Shown one piece after another: positions 19,917 to 32,588 of a DNA stretch of 60,565 nucleotides; position 1 is the first letter of the stretch, and each line of letters opens with the position of its first letter. Source of the DNA: an uncultured delta proteobacterium (lineage in GTDB: Bacteria > Desulfobacterota > Binatia > UBA9968); assembly GCA_963755715.1 (NCBI GenBank), contig CAVWLW010000053.1, positions 1-60,565 on the forward strand. Reading direction: 5' to 3'. The notes beneath the pieces are model-generated. The model did not search any database and was not told the origin of the DNA. It saw nothing but the letters and a program-made list of their open reading frames with translations. The translations under genes and the position numbers were made by a program.

Positions 19917-20756
19917 TTACCGCGGCAGCGGCCAGCCGAGCCATTCCGCTATGCCTCGGCCCATGATCCATTCTAATTCGGTCGATGAAAGAGATTTCAT
20001 TTCTTCGGTGAATAGCGTCACGACTTGCTTGTACGGGCAAGGGAGATGGGAAAGGTCAGTACCCCAAAAACAGCGCTGCGGACCAAAAGCATCGACGACG
20101 CGGCGCACCAGCGGGTGCAGAGTTGGAAATGGATAAGGCTCGTCCACGTAGCAGGGCAGGGCCGAAACTTTAACCGCGACGTTGGGCAGCCGCGCCAGCT
20201 TGATGGTGTTGACAACGGAGGGTTCGAGCGATTTGCCGCGCAGAGAGGAGTTCAGTCCCATGTGGTCGATGATCATGCGCAGCCGCGGATGGCGCTCGGC
20301 AATCTCGCCGAGCTTGGGCACGGCAGCGGGCGCGAACGCCATCACCGGCACATCGTAACGTTCCGCGGCCTCCCAGAACCAATCGGCTGTGCCGTCTTCC
20401 AGCCATTGTCTCGTTTTGCCCGCGTTAAATGCCATCCGGATTCCAAGCATATTGGGCTGAGTTTTCCACGTCGCCATGAGCGCGCGGCTTTCAGGCTTTT
20501 GCAACGCGAGCCGGCCCATGACGCGAAAGCGGTCCGGATACAGGCGCGCCGCTTCGAGCGAAGTGTCATTACGGTCGGCTTCCCAGGTCGGTGGCACGAG
20601 CACGCAGCGCAGGACCCCGGCCCCGTCCATCTCGCGCAACAGCTCATCGTGCCCGAGCGGCACGGGACGATGCGGCGGCGAAGCATCTTCTCTGGCGTAT
20701 GGTTTTTCCGCTGTCTCGGGCGCCCAAATGTGGACTTGAGAATCGATAATGATCAT
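19917..20756 (-). CDS. Amidohydrolase family protein (sugar-lactonase-like)
   Basis: IIDSQVHIW, IIDHMG, NVAVKVS, FGPQRCFWGTD. Confidence 0.85.
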   Translation of the reverse strand: MIIIDSQVHIWAPETAEKPYAREDASPPHRPVPLGHDELLREMDGAGVLRCVLVPPTWEADRNDTSLEAARLYPDRFRVMGRLALQKPESRALMATWKTQPNMLGIRMAFNAGKTRQWLEDGTADWFWEAAERYDVPVMAFAPAAVPKLGEIAERHPRLRMIIDHMGLNSSLRGKSLEPSVVNTIKLARLPNVAVKVSALPCYVDEPYPFPTLHPLVRRVVDAFGPQRCFWGTDLSHLPCPYKQVVTLFTEEMKSLSSTELEWIMGRGIAEWLGWPLPR

Positions 20757-22360
20757 GACGGATTCATAGTCCGGCATTTATGTAGGTGCGTCAAGGGCGA
20801 AAGATTTCTCCTGGACCTACACTTGAAGTGTTGAAGGCGTCGAAATGACACAGAGAACGTTGCGTGCGCTTGCGCACCACTAGCTGAGTTGATTAGCTCG
20901 TTAGTTGCAAACAGTGCGCAAGCTGCACCATACGAGCTCGGATCTAAATGATGCCATGATAATATATCAGCCGCCTCTTCGCCGGTGCGGACGCAATCGG
21001 AGATGCCGACTCCGTGGTACGCGCTGCCGGCGAGGGCGAGGGTGGAAAATTGGCTCAGAGAAGCCTCGATTCGTTTAATGAGCGCTTCGTGGCCGACGTG
21101 GTATTGCGGCATGGAGTTTGGGTGGCGCCAGATGCGCGCGAAAATAGGCGGGGCGCTGACTCTGAGCAAATTTGCGAGTTCGTCACGGACATTTTTCTCC
21201 ATCGTCGCATCGTCAGCGTCGAACAATTCCGCTTGCAGCGCGCCACCGACAAAGGCGCGAAGTAAAACTTTATCCTCCGATGCCCTGCCGGGATATTTCA
21301 AACTGCTAAACGTGCAGGCCATGATCTTGCGCTGCTCTTTTGCCGGGACAACGAAGCCGAAACTATCCGGCGCGCGCGGAAAGTCCTCGCGGCGATAGGC
21401 GAGATTGACCGTTGCCGTGGAAGCATAAGAGATTTGCTTAAGCTCATTTGCAGCTTCTGGCGCATCTGCAGAGAGAATTTTGGCGGTTTGAAACGCCGGC
21501 GTGGCCAGGATCACGGCATCGGCAGCCATCGTTTCGCTGCCGGCGATCGTGATCCGCCAACTCTTTTTGTCTTCGGCGCAACTCAAGCGCGTGACCGGCG
21601 AATTGAAGCGGAGCGTCGATTCAGGCAGTCGTTTGGCGAGAGTGTCGACCAGTTCCTGCATTCCTCCCGCGAGCGTGACGAACAAGCTCCAGCGCGCGCC
21701 GCTGCCGGCTTCACGGTTGCGGGCGCGGCGTCGTTGTTCAGACCACATCGCCAAGATAACGCTGCGCTGCTGGCGCTCCATTTCTTTAAAGCGCGGCATG
21801 GTTGCAGCGAGGCTCAGTCGGTCCGGATCGGAGGCGTAGATGCCGCCGATTAGAGGTTGCGCGATACGCTCCAGGGCTTCACGGCCGAAACGGCGGCGCA
21901 CAAACGCGCCGAGACTTTCGTCATCGTTCAAGTGACCGCGCGGAATGAATAATTCGCCTGCCATGCGCAATTTACCGCGCCAGGAAAATATCGGGGTTCG
22001 AACAAACGGCCCCATGCGAGTGGGCGCGAGTAAGAAGAAACCTTCGGGCAGTGGTTCGAGTTTGCCCTCGTGGACGATATAAATTTTTTGATATTCGGCC
22101 TGGGTTGGAATCAGTCGGGATGTGAGGCCCAGGCGCTCGCAGAGACGGAGCGCCCAGGGTTTCTCCGTGATGAAAGAATCCGGTCCGGCTTCGACGAGAA
22201 AATCGCCGATTCGTTCCGTGGCGATGGCGCCGCCTAGCCGCTCGGTGGCTTCGAGGAGTGTAAGCTCGATGCTGAGGGATTTTTCTTTGGCAAGCTCGGT
22301 GATGCGGTGCGCGGCCGCCAGTCCCGCGATGCCGCCGCCGATGATGGCGACGCGCTTCAT
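20753..22360 (-). CDS. hemY: Proto-/coproporphyrinogen oxidase, HemY type
   Basis: MKRVAIIGGGIAGL, EAGPDSF, GGIYA, MPQYHVGH, YHGVGISDCV. Homology ends near 20970; the frame reads on through the repeat cluster. Confidence 0.9.
   Translation of the reverse strand: MKRVAIIGGGIAGLAAAHRITELAKEKSLSIELTLLEATERLGGAIATERIGDFLVEAGPDSFITEKPWALRLCERLGLTSRLIPTQAEYQKIYIVHEGKLEPLPEGFFLLAPTRMGPFVRTPIFSWRGKLRMAGELFIPRGHLNDDESLGAFVRRRFGREALERIAQPLIGGIYASDPDRLSLAATMPRFKEMERQQRSVILAMWSEQRRRARNREAGSGARWSLFVTLAGGMQELVDTLAKRLPESTLRFNSPVTRLSCAEDKKSWRITIAGSETMAADAVILATPAFQTAKILSADAPEAANELKQISYASTATVNLAYRREDFPRAPDSFGFVVPAKEQRKIMACTFSSLKYPGRASEDKVLLRAFVGGALQAELFDADDATMEKNVRDELANLLRVSAPPIFARIWRHPNSMPQYHVGHEALIKRIEASLSQFSTLALAGSAYHGVGISDCVRTGEEAADILSWHHLDPSSYGAACALFATNELINSASGAQAHATFSVSFRRLQHFKCRSRRNLSPLTHLHKCRTMNPS
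20802..20934. repeat. Cluster of palindromic intergenic (REP-like) elements
   Basis: AGATTTCTCC...GTCGAAATGACA (20802-20850), followed by the inverted pair CGTTGCGTGCGCTTGCGCACC (20858-20878) and GTGCGCAAGCTGCACCATACG (20914-20934). Confidence 0.55.
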
Positions 22361-22370
22361 AGTACAGGTC

Positions 22371-22420
22371 GAGGATGGAAGATGGATGATCGAGGATTGC
22401 AATTTCCCATCATCTATCCT
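22371..22420. repeat. Heptamer-period imperfect inverted repeat
   Basis: GAGGATG GAAGATG GATGATC GAGGATT followed by CCATCAT CTATCCT, between hemH and hemY. Confidence 0.55.
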
Positions 22421-23356
22421 TGGCTCGTATCTTCGCTTCAATGACCTCAGCTATCATTTGCACAAAAGTGGGATGATCGTTGGGGCAGCTGGCGCGGACG
22501 AAGCGAACGTTTACATCCTCGGCGATTTTTCTGGCTTCGATGTCGAGATCATAAAGCACTTCGACGTGATCGCAGACAAAGCCGATCGGTGCGACGACGA
22601 CTTCGTTGCGTCCTTCGTTCGCTAGTTTTCGAATGGCCTTGCCGATGTCAGGCTCCAGCCACGGATCGCTCGGTCTGCCGCTGCGACTTTGGTAGGCGAG
22701 CGACCAACGGTCACGATCGAGCTCGCTGGCGATCAAACGGGCAGTTTCTTCGAGCTGCTGCACATACGGTGATCGCGCTGCCATAGCGACTGGTAAACTG
22801 TGCGCCGTAAAAATCAGTGGTGTCGGAATTCTCGTCGCTCCGATGCGAGATTTGCGAATGACGCCTCGATCATATCCGTCCAAGAATTGAATCAAGCGCG
22901 GGTGATTGTGCCAACCAGTCGCAGTAATCGACCGCCGGGGCCTCGCTCGCCAATCTCGGCGCGCGCCTCAGCGACATTCTTTTGATAGCGTTCCCAGCTT
23001 GCTTCGGTTCGATGCGACGAAAGAATAAATCCCAACGAGCTTTCTCGAATCCCGTCATCGAACATTTTTTTAAGCGTGTCGCGGAAGAACGGGCTGGAGT
23101 TGCGCATCCCGACGTAGACCGGCAGCGCGTGGCCGCTTTCATTCAAGACTTTTTGAAGCGCTTTCGCCTGGCGAAAAGTGATTTCGTTGAGCGGCGACTT
23201 GCCGCCGACGGCTTCGTAGTGGTGGACGACTTCTTCAAGCCGTTGCGGCGGTATTGGAATGCCTTTGGTGACTCGGGCAAGAAACGGGCGAATCTCTTCA
23301 GGCGAAGTCGGGCCGCCAAAGGCGATCAAAAGCACGGCTTGATACGGTTGAGCCAT
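22410..23356 (-). CDS. hemH: Ferrochelatase (probably coproporphyrin ferrochelatase); several frameshifts between about 22820 and 23050
   Basis: VLLIAFGGP, HYEAVGGKSPL, VYVGMRN, IFTAHSLP, AYQSRSG...WLEPD, PIGFVCDHVEVLYDLD. Confidence 0.88.
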
Positions 23357-23366
23357 CGCGCGTGAG

Positions 23367-24401
23367 TTATCGCGAACTCAGTTCGTGGACCGCGTCGACC
23401 AACGCGATCACGTTGTCGACGGGCGTCTCAGGCAAAACTCCATGTCCCAAATTAAAAATATGTCCGGGACGTCCTTCGGCGCGGCGCAAAATATCCGCGA
23501 CGCGTGTCTTGATTTCTTTAGGCGATGCGAACAGCGCGACCGGGTCGAGATTGCCTTGGACCGCGACATCGTGCCCGACCGTGGCCCAGCCCTCATCGAG
23601 GTTCACGCGCCAATCCAAGCCGATTACATCGCCGCCGGCGGCGCGAATCTGTTTCAGCAATCCCGCCGTGCCCGTGCTGAAGTTGATGACTGGAACGCCT
23701 GGAGTGATCGCATCGATTACGGCTTTGGTGTAGGGCAGCACGAATTGTTCATAATCCGTCGGCGTCAGACAGCCGGCCCAGCTATCGAATAGCTGAACTG
23801 CCTGGACGCCGGCGGCGATCTGGCAATTCAAATATTCGGCCACGTCTTTGGCGAGCCGCTCCATCAGGCGCTTCCACGCTTCCGGCGCTGCGTAAAAAAG
23901 TTTTTTTGTGTGCACGTAATTGCGCGAGCCCCCGCCTTCGATCAGATAAGACGCGAGCGTAAAGGGCGCTCCCGCGAAACCGATGAGGGGCACTTTGCTC
24001 TTAAGCGTCTTGACGATTTGTTTTACCGCATCGTAAACGAAGGAAAGCTCTTGCTTCGGATCAAAATCCTTCAGGCCGTCGACGTCTTTGCCGCTACGCA
24101 CCGGATGATGGATGATCGGCCCGCCGTTTTTCGCATATTCCAATCCGACGCCCATCGGTTCGAGGATGAGCAAGATATCGGCGAACAGGATTGCTGCATC
24201 GACGCCCAGTCGTTCCACCGGTGTGATGGTAATTTCCGCAGCGAGATCGGGCTTCTTACATAATTCGAGAAAGTCATGCTGAGCGCGCAGCTTGCGATAT
24301 TCCGCCATATAGCGGCCGGCTTGTCGCATCAGCCAAACGGGAGTGTAAGAGGAATTTTCGCGCCGACAGGCAGCCAGGAAAGGATGGTTCGGCTTGGCCA
24401 T
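23367..24401 (-). CDS. hemE: Uroporphyrinogen decarboxylase
   Basis: PVWLMRQAGRY, DAAILFADIL, LIGFAGAPFTLASY, QLFDSWAG, QGNLDP, HIFNLGHG. Confidence 0.97.
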   Translation of the reverse strand: MAKPNHPFLAACRRENSSYTPVWLMRQAGRYMAEYRKLRAQHDFLELCKKPDLAAEITITPVERLGVDAAILFADILLILEPMGVGLEYAKNGGPIIHHPVRSGKDVDGLKDFDPKQELSFVYDAVKQIVKTLKSKVPLIGFAGAPFTLASYLIEGGGSRNYVHTKKLFYAAPEAWKRLMERLAKDVAEYLNCQIAAGVQAVQLFDSWAGCLTPTDYEQFVLPYTKAVIDAITPGVPVINFSTGTAGLLKQIRAAGGDVIGLDWRVNLDEGWATVGHDVAVQGNLDPVALFASPKEIKTRVADILRRAEGRPGHIFNLGHGVLPETPVDNVIALVDAVHELSSR

Positions 24402-24445
24402 GAGTGTTCGCGGTCACTAAACAGTATGAGGCTTCGGATAGAAAA

Positions 24446-25567
24446 TCAACCGGCGCGATGGCGCGGCGTGGCGGCGCCGATCGATGCTTCGCCGTATTTG
24501 CGGCGCAGATCGTCGATGCCCTTATAAAGCCGCTCGAAGGACTTGCGTTGGTCGCGGTTCAATAGCGGTTCTTGCCAGCCGGAGCTTTGCAGTGCGCTAG
24601 CGCTCACGCCGAGAAGCCGCACCGCTTTTCCTCGGCTGATATTTTGGCGCAATAGAGCGCTGACGGTTTCGAAGATTTCTTTATCGAAGCAGGTGGGCGA
24701 CGGCAGCGTGCGCGAGCGCGTAATCGTTTGGAAATTGGTATAGCGAATCTTGACGGTTAAACAGCGCGCAAAAAATTCTTCACGGCGCAGTCTGCCGCCT
24801 ACTTCTTCGACCAATTCCCATAGGATTTTTTCCATCTGGCCGATTTCTTTGACCGGTTGGTCCAGTGTCGTTTCGTTGCCGATCGAGTGGTCGTGACGAT
24901 GGGGCTGCTCTGCGGCTTGATCTAGATCCAAGTAGCGAGCTGCCAGTTCAGACCGCGCTAGTAGATCGCCGATGGTCGTGATGCTCTTCTGATTTAACGT
25001 CTTGTGCGTTTTCGGGCCGACCCCGGGAATCATTTCCACAGCCAGCGGCGCGAGAAAATCTTTTTCCGAACCGGCGGGCACATAAATGAGCCCGCGCGGC
25101 TTGGCCATCGTGGCGGCGATTTTTGCCGTCACTCTGCTGGTCGAGAGGCCGGCCGACGACGGCAAGCCGAGTTCGGTTTCGATGCGGCGAATGATCGTGT
25201 CGGCGGTTTTCAGCGGCGGGCCGAAAAGCCTCTCCGTGCCGGTAAGATCGACGAGACCTTCGTCAATGGAAAGAGCGTGAACTTCCGGCGAGTATTGCGC
25301 CAGCACGGCAAAAACTTTGCGGGAGAAATCCACGTAGGCGCGCCGGCGGTTGCGTAGAAAAATGCCCTGGGGACAAAGTTTTCTTGCTTGGAAACCCGGC
25401 ATCGCCGAATGCACGCCGAATTTGCGCGCTTCATAAGAAGCCGAGGTGACAACGCCGCGGCCCTCGCGCCCGCCGACGATCACCGGCTTGCCTCTCAAGC
25501 TCGGATCGAGAACCTGCTCCACCGAGGCGAAAAACGCGTCCATGTCGATGTGCAGATACCAGGCCAT
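24446..25567 (-). CDS. dinB: DNA polymerase IV (Y family)
   Basis: HIDMDAFFASVE, SASYEARKFGVHSAMP, SIDE, AKPRG, VRLLGV. Confidence 0.93.
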   Translation of the reverse strand: MAWYLHIDMDAFFASVEQVLDPSLRGKPVIVGGREGRGVVTSASYEARKFGVHSAMPGFQARKLCPQGIFLRNRRRAYVDFSRKVFAVLAQYSPEVHALSIDEGLVDLTGTERLFGPPLKTADTIIRRIETELGLPSSAGLSTSRVTAKIAATMAKPRGLIYVPAGSEKDFLAPLAVEMIPGVGPKTHKTLNQKSITTIGDLLARSELAARYLDLDQAAEQPHRHDHSIGNETTLDQPVKEIGQMEKILWELVEEVGGRLRREEFFARCLTVKIRYTNFQTITRSRTLPSPTCFDKEIFETVSALLRQNISRGKAVRLLGVSASALQSSGWQEPLLNRDQRKSFERLYKGIDDLRRKYGEASIGAATPRHRAG

Positions 25568-25592
25568 GCGTCGCGACCATCAGGCGCCGATC

Positions 25593-26594
25593 TCAGCGCG
25601 CGTAGAGTGAATTGATAAATCCAGACACGTCGAGCTTTTGCAGAAACGAATTGTCGTAAAAATCTTCCGGCTTGACTTGTTGGGCTTTGGGATTTTTTGC
25701 GACCTCCAGAACGGCTTGCACCGCTTCCTTGGTCATGAGCGGCAAGCGTTGAAAGACCGGCAGATGCTCGTCGTAGACCGCCTCGAGAATTTGCCGGTTG
25801 TCGGTCTTCATGTATTTGCCCATTATTTTCATGGTCGTCTCTTTGTCGCGCCGTATGACCGAGATCGCTTCGGTATAGCCGCGCAAATACCGGATCACCG
25901 CGTCCGGTTTTTGCTGGATGACTTTACGCGTCGTGACCACGCTGACAAAGATGAAAGGAATATTCAGCTCGGTGACGTTCAGGATATGCTTGAGGCCCAG
26001 CTCTTCAGCCTGGAAAGTGATCGGCGCGCTCATCAGCCCGGCGGCGGCATTGCCGGTTTTTAAAGTCGTTAGCAAAGCCGGGGCGCTGCCGGCGTACAGA
26101 ATCTTCACGTCCTTGTCGGGGACCAATCCGTATTTGCGCAACAGCATGCGGCCGGCGTAATCGGTCGATGCGGCCGGCTGCGTTGCCGCCAGCACTTTCC
26201 CCTTGAGATCCGCGACGGTCTTGACCGCGGGATCGCCGTACAGATGGAAGATAAATCGCGATGCCGTGTTGGCGATGTAAACCGTATCGGCGCCTTCCAA
26301 CGCCACGTCGATGCCCTGGTTACCGACCAGGCCGATCTCTTCCGTGCCGGCTACAATCGCTTGAATCGCCGTCGTTGCGGCGAGATAGGTAAGGCTGTGT
26401 TGCAGTCCGTGTTTGGTGAAGAGGCCCAGATCCTGAGCGATCCACGCCGGCGTCATGGTGCCGCCGAGGGCGTTGTAAACGCCGCGCAACGACGGCGCGT
26501 CTGCGGCGTTCAGTTGGCGCGCGAAAGAGAAACAAGCGAGCGTGACCAGCGCCATGCCGAGCGCCCGTCGGGCGCGCGCTGTGCGATTCTTCAT
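25593..26594 (-). CDS. ABC-type substrate-binding protein, NMT1/SsuA-like
   Basis: Signal peptide; WIAQDLGLFTKHGL, DLKGKVLA, GLVPDKDV, FYDNSF. Confidence 0.85.
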   Translation of the reverse strand: MKNRTARARRALGMALVTLACFSFARQLNAADAPSLRGVYNALGGTMTPAWIAQDLGLFTKHGLQHSLTYLAATTAIQAIVAGTEEIGLVGNQGIDVALEGADTVYIANTASRFIFHLYGDPAVKTVADLKGKVLAATQPAASTDYAGRMLLRKYGLVPDKDVKILYAGSAPALLTTLKTGNAAAGLMSAPITFQAEELGLKHILNVTELNIPFIFVSVVTTRKVIQQKPDAVIRYLRGYTEAISVIRRDKETTMKIMGKYMKTDNRQILEAVYDEHLPVFQRLPLMTKEAVQAVLEVAKNPKAQQVKPEDFYDNSFLQKLDVSGFINSLYAR

Positions 26595-26708
26595 AGTTGC
26601 CTCCCAAAGAATTGTCGCCCAATGCAGCGCCGAGGTTAGTGAGTGTCCGGCTTGCTGTCAAGGAGAAGGCGCGGTTTCAATGCGCGGAAAACGCGCTGGC
26701 GAACAATT

Positions 26709-28145
26709 TCAATCGCCTGGTCTCTTGCCGCGGATCGCCGAAGAGAATATCGCCAGCAAGGTGAAGAAATTCAGGACGTAAATCGTCGAGCTGAAGGAAC
26801 TCATAAAGATTGCCGGCGCGGCGCGCCAGCTTTCGGCCAAGCCGATTTGACCGCTATTCAGACCCGCGGCGGACAGAAGATAGCCGAACAAGGTCGCCGA
26901 TAGCGCCACCCCCATGGCCCCGCCGGTACGCGCCGTGGTCGCGATCATGCCGGCGGCGGCGCCGATTTTTTCCTGACTAACCGCGCCCAATATCGAACTT
27001 TGATTCGGCGCGTTAAACAGCGCCCAACCGATGCCCCAAAGCGCCAGGGGGAAAATTATTCTCACGAGCGACGAATCAAGGTCCAAAGTCGCCAAGAAAA
27101 ATTGCGCGACGGCGACAATCGCACAGCCGACGGTGCAGAGGAGGCGCGAACCGAGACGGTCCGACAGCGCGCCGGCGATCGGCGCCATAATCATAATGAT
27201 CACCGAGTCGGCAACGATGATCCAGCCGACTTGCGAGGGCGAGTAGCCGAGCAGGTTTTGCAAAAAAAATGGCAGCAAGAAGTTGATTGCCGATAAAGTT
27301 GCCGAAACCAAGAAAAGGCTTAGGATGCCGCCGCTAAAGAGGCGGGAACGAAACATCGACAGAGTCAAAATCGGCGCCTTTGCTTTGCCTTCGACCCGCA
27401 ATAAAAAAAATAGCATGATCACCGAGAGCGCCAATGTTAGCAGAAACATCGGATGGTACCAGCCGATGCGCGGCAGCTGGTCGATCGCGTAGATGAACAA
27501 GCCGTTGGTTACAAGCAGGAGAAGCGCGCCAGGAATATCGACGGCGGATTTTCCCGGCAATCGGGTCTCGGGAATGACCTTCCACGCCAAATAAGCGCCC
27601 CACAGGCTGAACGGCATGTTGATATAGAATATCCAGCGCCAGCCGATGGTATCGATCAGAAAACCGCCCAAGGATGGGCCGGTGAGAAAGCCGATATGAA
27701 ATGCCGTGGAAGTCAGACCGAGAGCGCGCCCGCGCTCTTCCGGCGGCAAGTTCACCGAGACGATCGCTCGGCCATTGGCCGCGATCATGGAACCGCCGAG
27801 CGCCTGCAGCGCGCGGAAAAAAATCAACTGGCCGGCGCTTTGCGACAAGCCGCAGATAGCCGAGGCGGTCACGAAAATCAGAAACCCGACGCTGTAAAAA
27901 CGGCGCCGGCCGAATAGATCGCCCAGCCGCCCCATGGTGATGATCAGACCGATCAGAACCAGATCATAGACCAAGATCGTCCATTGAATGGTCGTAAACG
28001 CGGCGTGGAACGTCGTGGTCAAGGTCGGCAGGGCGACCGTAATCGCGCGTTGATCGAGGCCGACAATAGTTTGGCCGATGCACACGCTCAACAGAATCAA
28101 CCTGGAGCTTTGTCGTAATCTCGCTGGCGCGGCCGTTGCAGTCAT
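26709..28145 (-). CDS. MFS transporter, DHA2 (14-TM) family
   Basis: VALPTL, GRLGDLFGRRR, RALQALGG, GWRWIFYINMP. Confidence 0.9.
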   Translation of the reverse strand: MTATAAPARLRQSSRLILLSVCIGQTIVGLDQRAITVALPTLTTTFHAAFTTIQWTILVYDLVLIGLIITMGRLGDLFGRRRFYSVGFLIFVTASAICGLSQSAGQLIFFRALQALGGSMIAANGRAIVSVNLPPEERGRALGLTSTAFHIGFLTGPSLGGFLIDTIGWRWIFYINMPFSLWGAYLAWKVIPETRLPGKSAVDIPGALLLLVTNGLFIYAIDQLPRIGWYHPMFLLTLALSVIMLFFLLRVEGKAKAPILTLSMFRSRLFSGGILSLFLVSATLSAINFLLPFFLQNLLGYSPSQVGWIIVADSVIIMIMAPIAGALSDRLGSRLLCTVGCAIVAVAQFFLATLDLDSSLVRIIFPLALWGIGWALFNAPNQSSILGAVSQEKIGAAAGMIATTARTGGAMGVALSATLFGYLLSAAGLNSGQIGLAESWRAAPAIFMSSFSSTIYVLNFFTLLAIFSSAIRGKRPGD

Positions 28146-28154
28146 CGGGTCTTT

Positions 28155-29615
28155 TTATCGCTGTCGGATTTCGCGGCGCGGGCCGCGCACCACCGAAAAT
28201 AACACCGAGAGAATCGTGAAGAAGTTGACGACATGAACCGTGTGATTGAACGAATGAACGAAAATCTCCGGAGCGTCGCCCCAAGATTGCGGCGATTCGA
28301 TTTGCGCCCGGCTCATGCCCGCCGCGCTGAGCCCATAGGTAAACAAAGTTGCTGAAAGCGCGACGCCCATCGCTCCGCCGGTGCGCGCCGTGGTCGTGTT
28401 CATTCCCGACGCGGTGCCGACTTCGTCGCGCGGCACCGAGCCCAGGATCGCGCTCTGGTTGGGCGAATTGAAAATCGCCCAACCCAAGCCGATCAAGAGC
28501 AACGGCGCGATGATGCGCCAGATCGATGCATCGATCGGCAATGAGGCAATAAAAAATTGGCCGATGACGATGATTGCCGATCCGATCGTGCAGAGCAGAC
28601 GCGAACCCATGCGATCCGACAACCAGCCTGCGATCGGCGCCACCAAGACGATGACCGCCGAGTTGGCGATGATAATCCAACCCATCTGCGTCGGCGAGAA
28701 CCGCAGGACGTCCTGCAAATAGAATGGCATGAGAAAGCTGATCGCCGATTGCGTCGAGGTGATGAAAAAAAGACTGAACATGGACGCCGTAAACAGCCGG
28801 ATACGAAACAGCGAAAAACTCAAAATCGGCATGGCTGAGCGAAGTTCAACGAACACGAATAAGGCTAGAGCGAGCGCGCACAGGATAAGGGTACCGGAGA
28901 CCAGTGGATCGCGCCAACCCACGTGGGGCATCTCATTCATGGCGAAAATAAAAAGACTGCAAGTCAACATGAGGAGGATCGCCCCGGGGAAATCGACCGA
29001 GACGCCTTTGACCTCTTCTTTACTTTCCTCCAACAATCTTAACGCCAGATACGCGCCCCAAATCCCGATCGGTAGATTGATGAAGAAAATCCAACGCCAA
29101 CCGATCGTGTCGATCAAGAAACCGCCCAAGGTCGGTCCGGTTAAGAAGCCCACGTGAAATGCCATGGAGGCAAAGCCCATCGCCTTACCGCGCTGGCTGG
29201 CGGGAAAGGCGACGGAAGCGATCGCTCTGCCGTTGGCCGAGATCATCGCGCCACCGATCGCCTGTAAACCGCGGAATAAAATAATTTGCGCCGCAGTTTG
29301 AGCGATACCGCAGAGCGCCGAACTAAGGACGAAAATCAAAAAACCACTGGCATAAAAGCGCCGCCGGCCGAACAGATCACCCAAGCGGCCGACGGTGATC
29401 ACGGTGCCGATCAACAACAAATCATAGATCAGTAAAACCCACTGAATCGTCGTCAGGCTGGTATTGAAAGTGACCGTCAGCGTGGGCAGCGCGACCAGCA
29501 AGGCCCGTTGGTCGAGACCGACGATAAATTGACCGACGCAAACGTTAAACAAAATTAGCGCAAGCCGTCTCTGCTGTGTCGACGGCGCATCGGCCGTTTG
29601 CGCTGCGGGATTCAT
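28155..29615 (-). CDS. MFS transporter, DHA2 family, tandem paralogue
   Basis: Same motifs; shares GLDQRA, AFH.GFLTGP.LGGFLIDTIGWRWIF and PNQS.ILG with its neighbour. Confidence 0.9.
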   Translation of the reverse strand: MNPAAQTADAPSTQQRRLALILFNVCVGQFIVGLDQRALLVALPTLTVTFNTSLTTIQWVLLIYDLLLIGTVITVGRLGDLFGRRRFYASGFLIFVLSSALCGIAQTAAQIILFRGLQAIGGAMISANGRAIASVAFPASQRGKAMGFASMAFHVGFLTGPTLGGFLIDTIGWRWIFFINLPIGIWGAYLALRLLEESKEEVKGVSVDFPGAILLMLTCSLFIFAMNEMPHVGWRDPLVSGTLILCALALALFVFVELRSAMPILSFSLFRIRLFTASMFSLFFITSTQSAISFLMPFYLQDVLRFSPTQMGWIIIANSAVIVLVAPIAGWLSDRMGSRLLCTIGSAIIVIGQFFIASLPIDASIWRIIAPLLLIGLGWAIFNSPNQSAILGSVPRDEVGTASGMNTTTARTGGAMGVALSATLFTYGLSAAGMSRAQIESPQSWGDAPEIFVHSFNHTVHVVNFFTILSVLFSVVRGPRREIRQR

Positions 29616-29714
29616 CGGATGAACCGAACGAAGTCGAAATGAGGCGAATGGCTGGCGCGTTCCGATGGTAGGTCGGCAAAAAAGGCAAAGACAATCATCG
29701 GCTCGCCTTCATTC

Positions 29715-29754
29715 AAAAAAAAACTAGAGGACGCGCGAATCGCGCGTCCTCTAG
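29715..29754 (-). terminator. Rho-independent terminator downstream of clpB
   Basis: 14-bp perfect stem CTAGAGGACGCGCG / CGCGCGTCCTCTAG (29724-29754) followed by a T9 tract on the minus strand. Confidence 0.9.
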
Positions 29755-29776
29755 GGAATATGGTTGTGAAGTGCGG

Positions 29777-29937
29777 TTAAGAAGATTTAGGCGGGAGGGT
29801 TTCTTTTAACTCCCGGCGAAGTTTTTCTTTTGCCCGCTTCCGCTGATCGGCTTTTTTGCTTTTAAAGACTTTCCCGGGCGGCGGAAGCTCTTTCCGTACC
29901 CGCGCCAAACCGAGCGGAATTCGCTTCGGCGACGCAT
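29777..29937 (-). CDS. Putative small Lys/Arg-rich protein (1-nt frameshift after the ATG, or TTG start at 29908)
   Basis: ATG directly follows the clpB TGA. The main frame reads SPKRIPLGLARVRKELPPPGKVFKSKKADQRKRAKEKLRRELKETLPPKSS* and ends just before the terminator. Confidence 0.45.
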
Positions 29938-32562
<2,625 letters not shown>

Positions 32563-32588
32563 TTTTAAGTTTCCTCAATTACAAGCAA

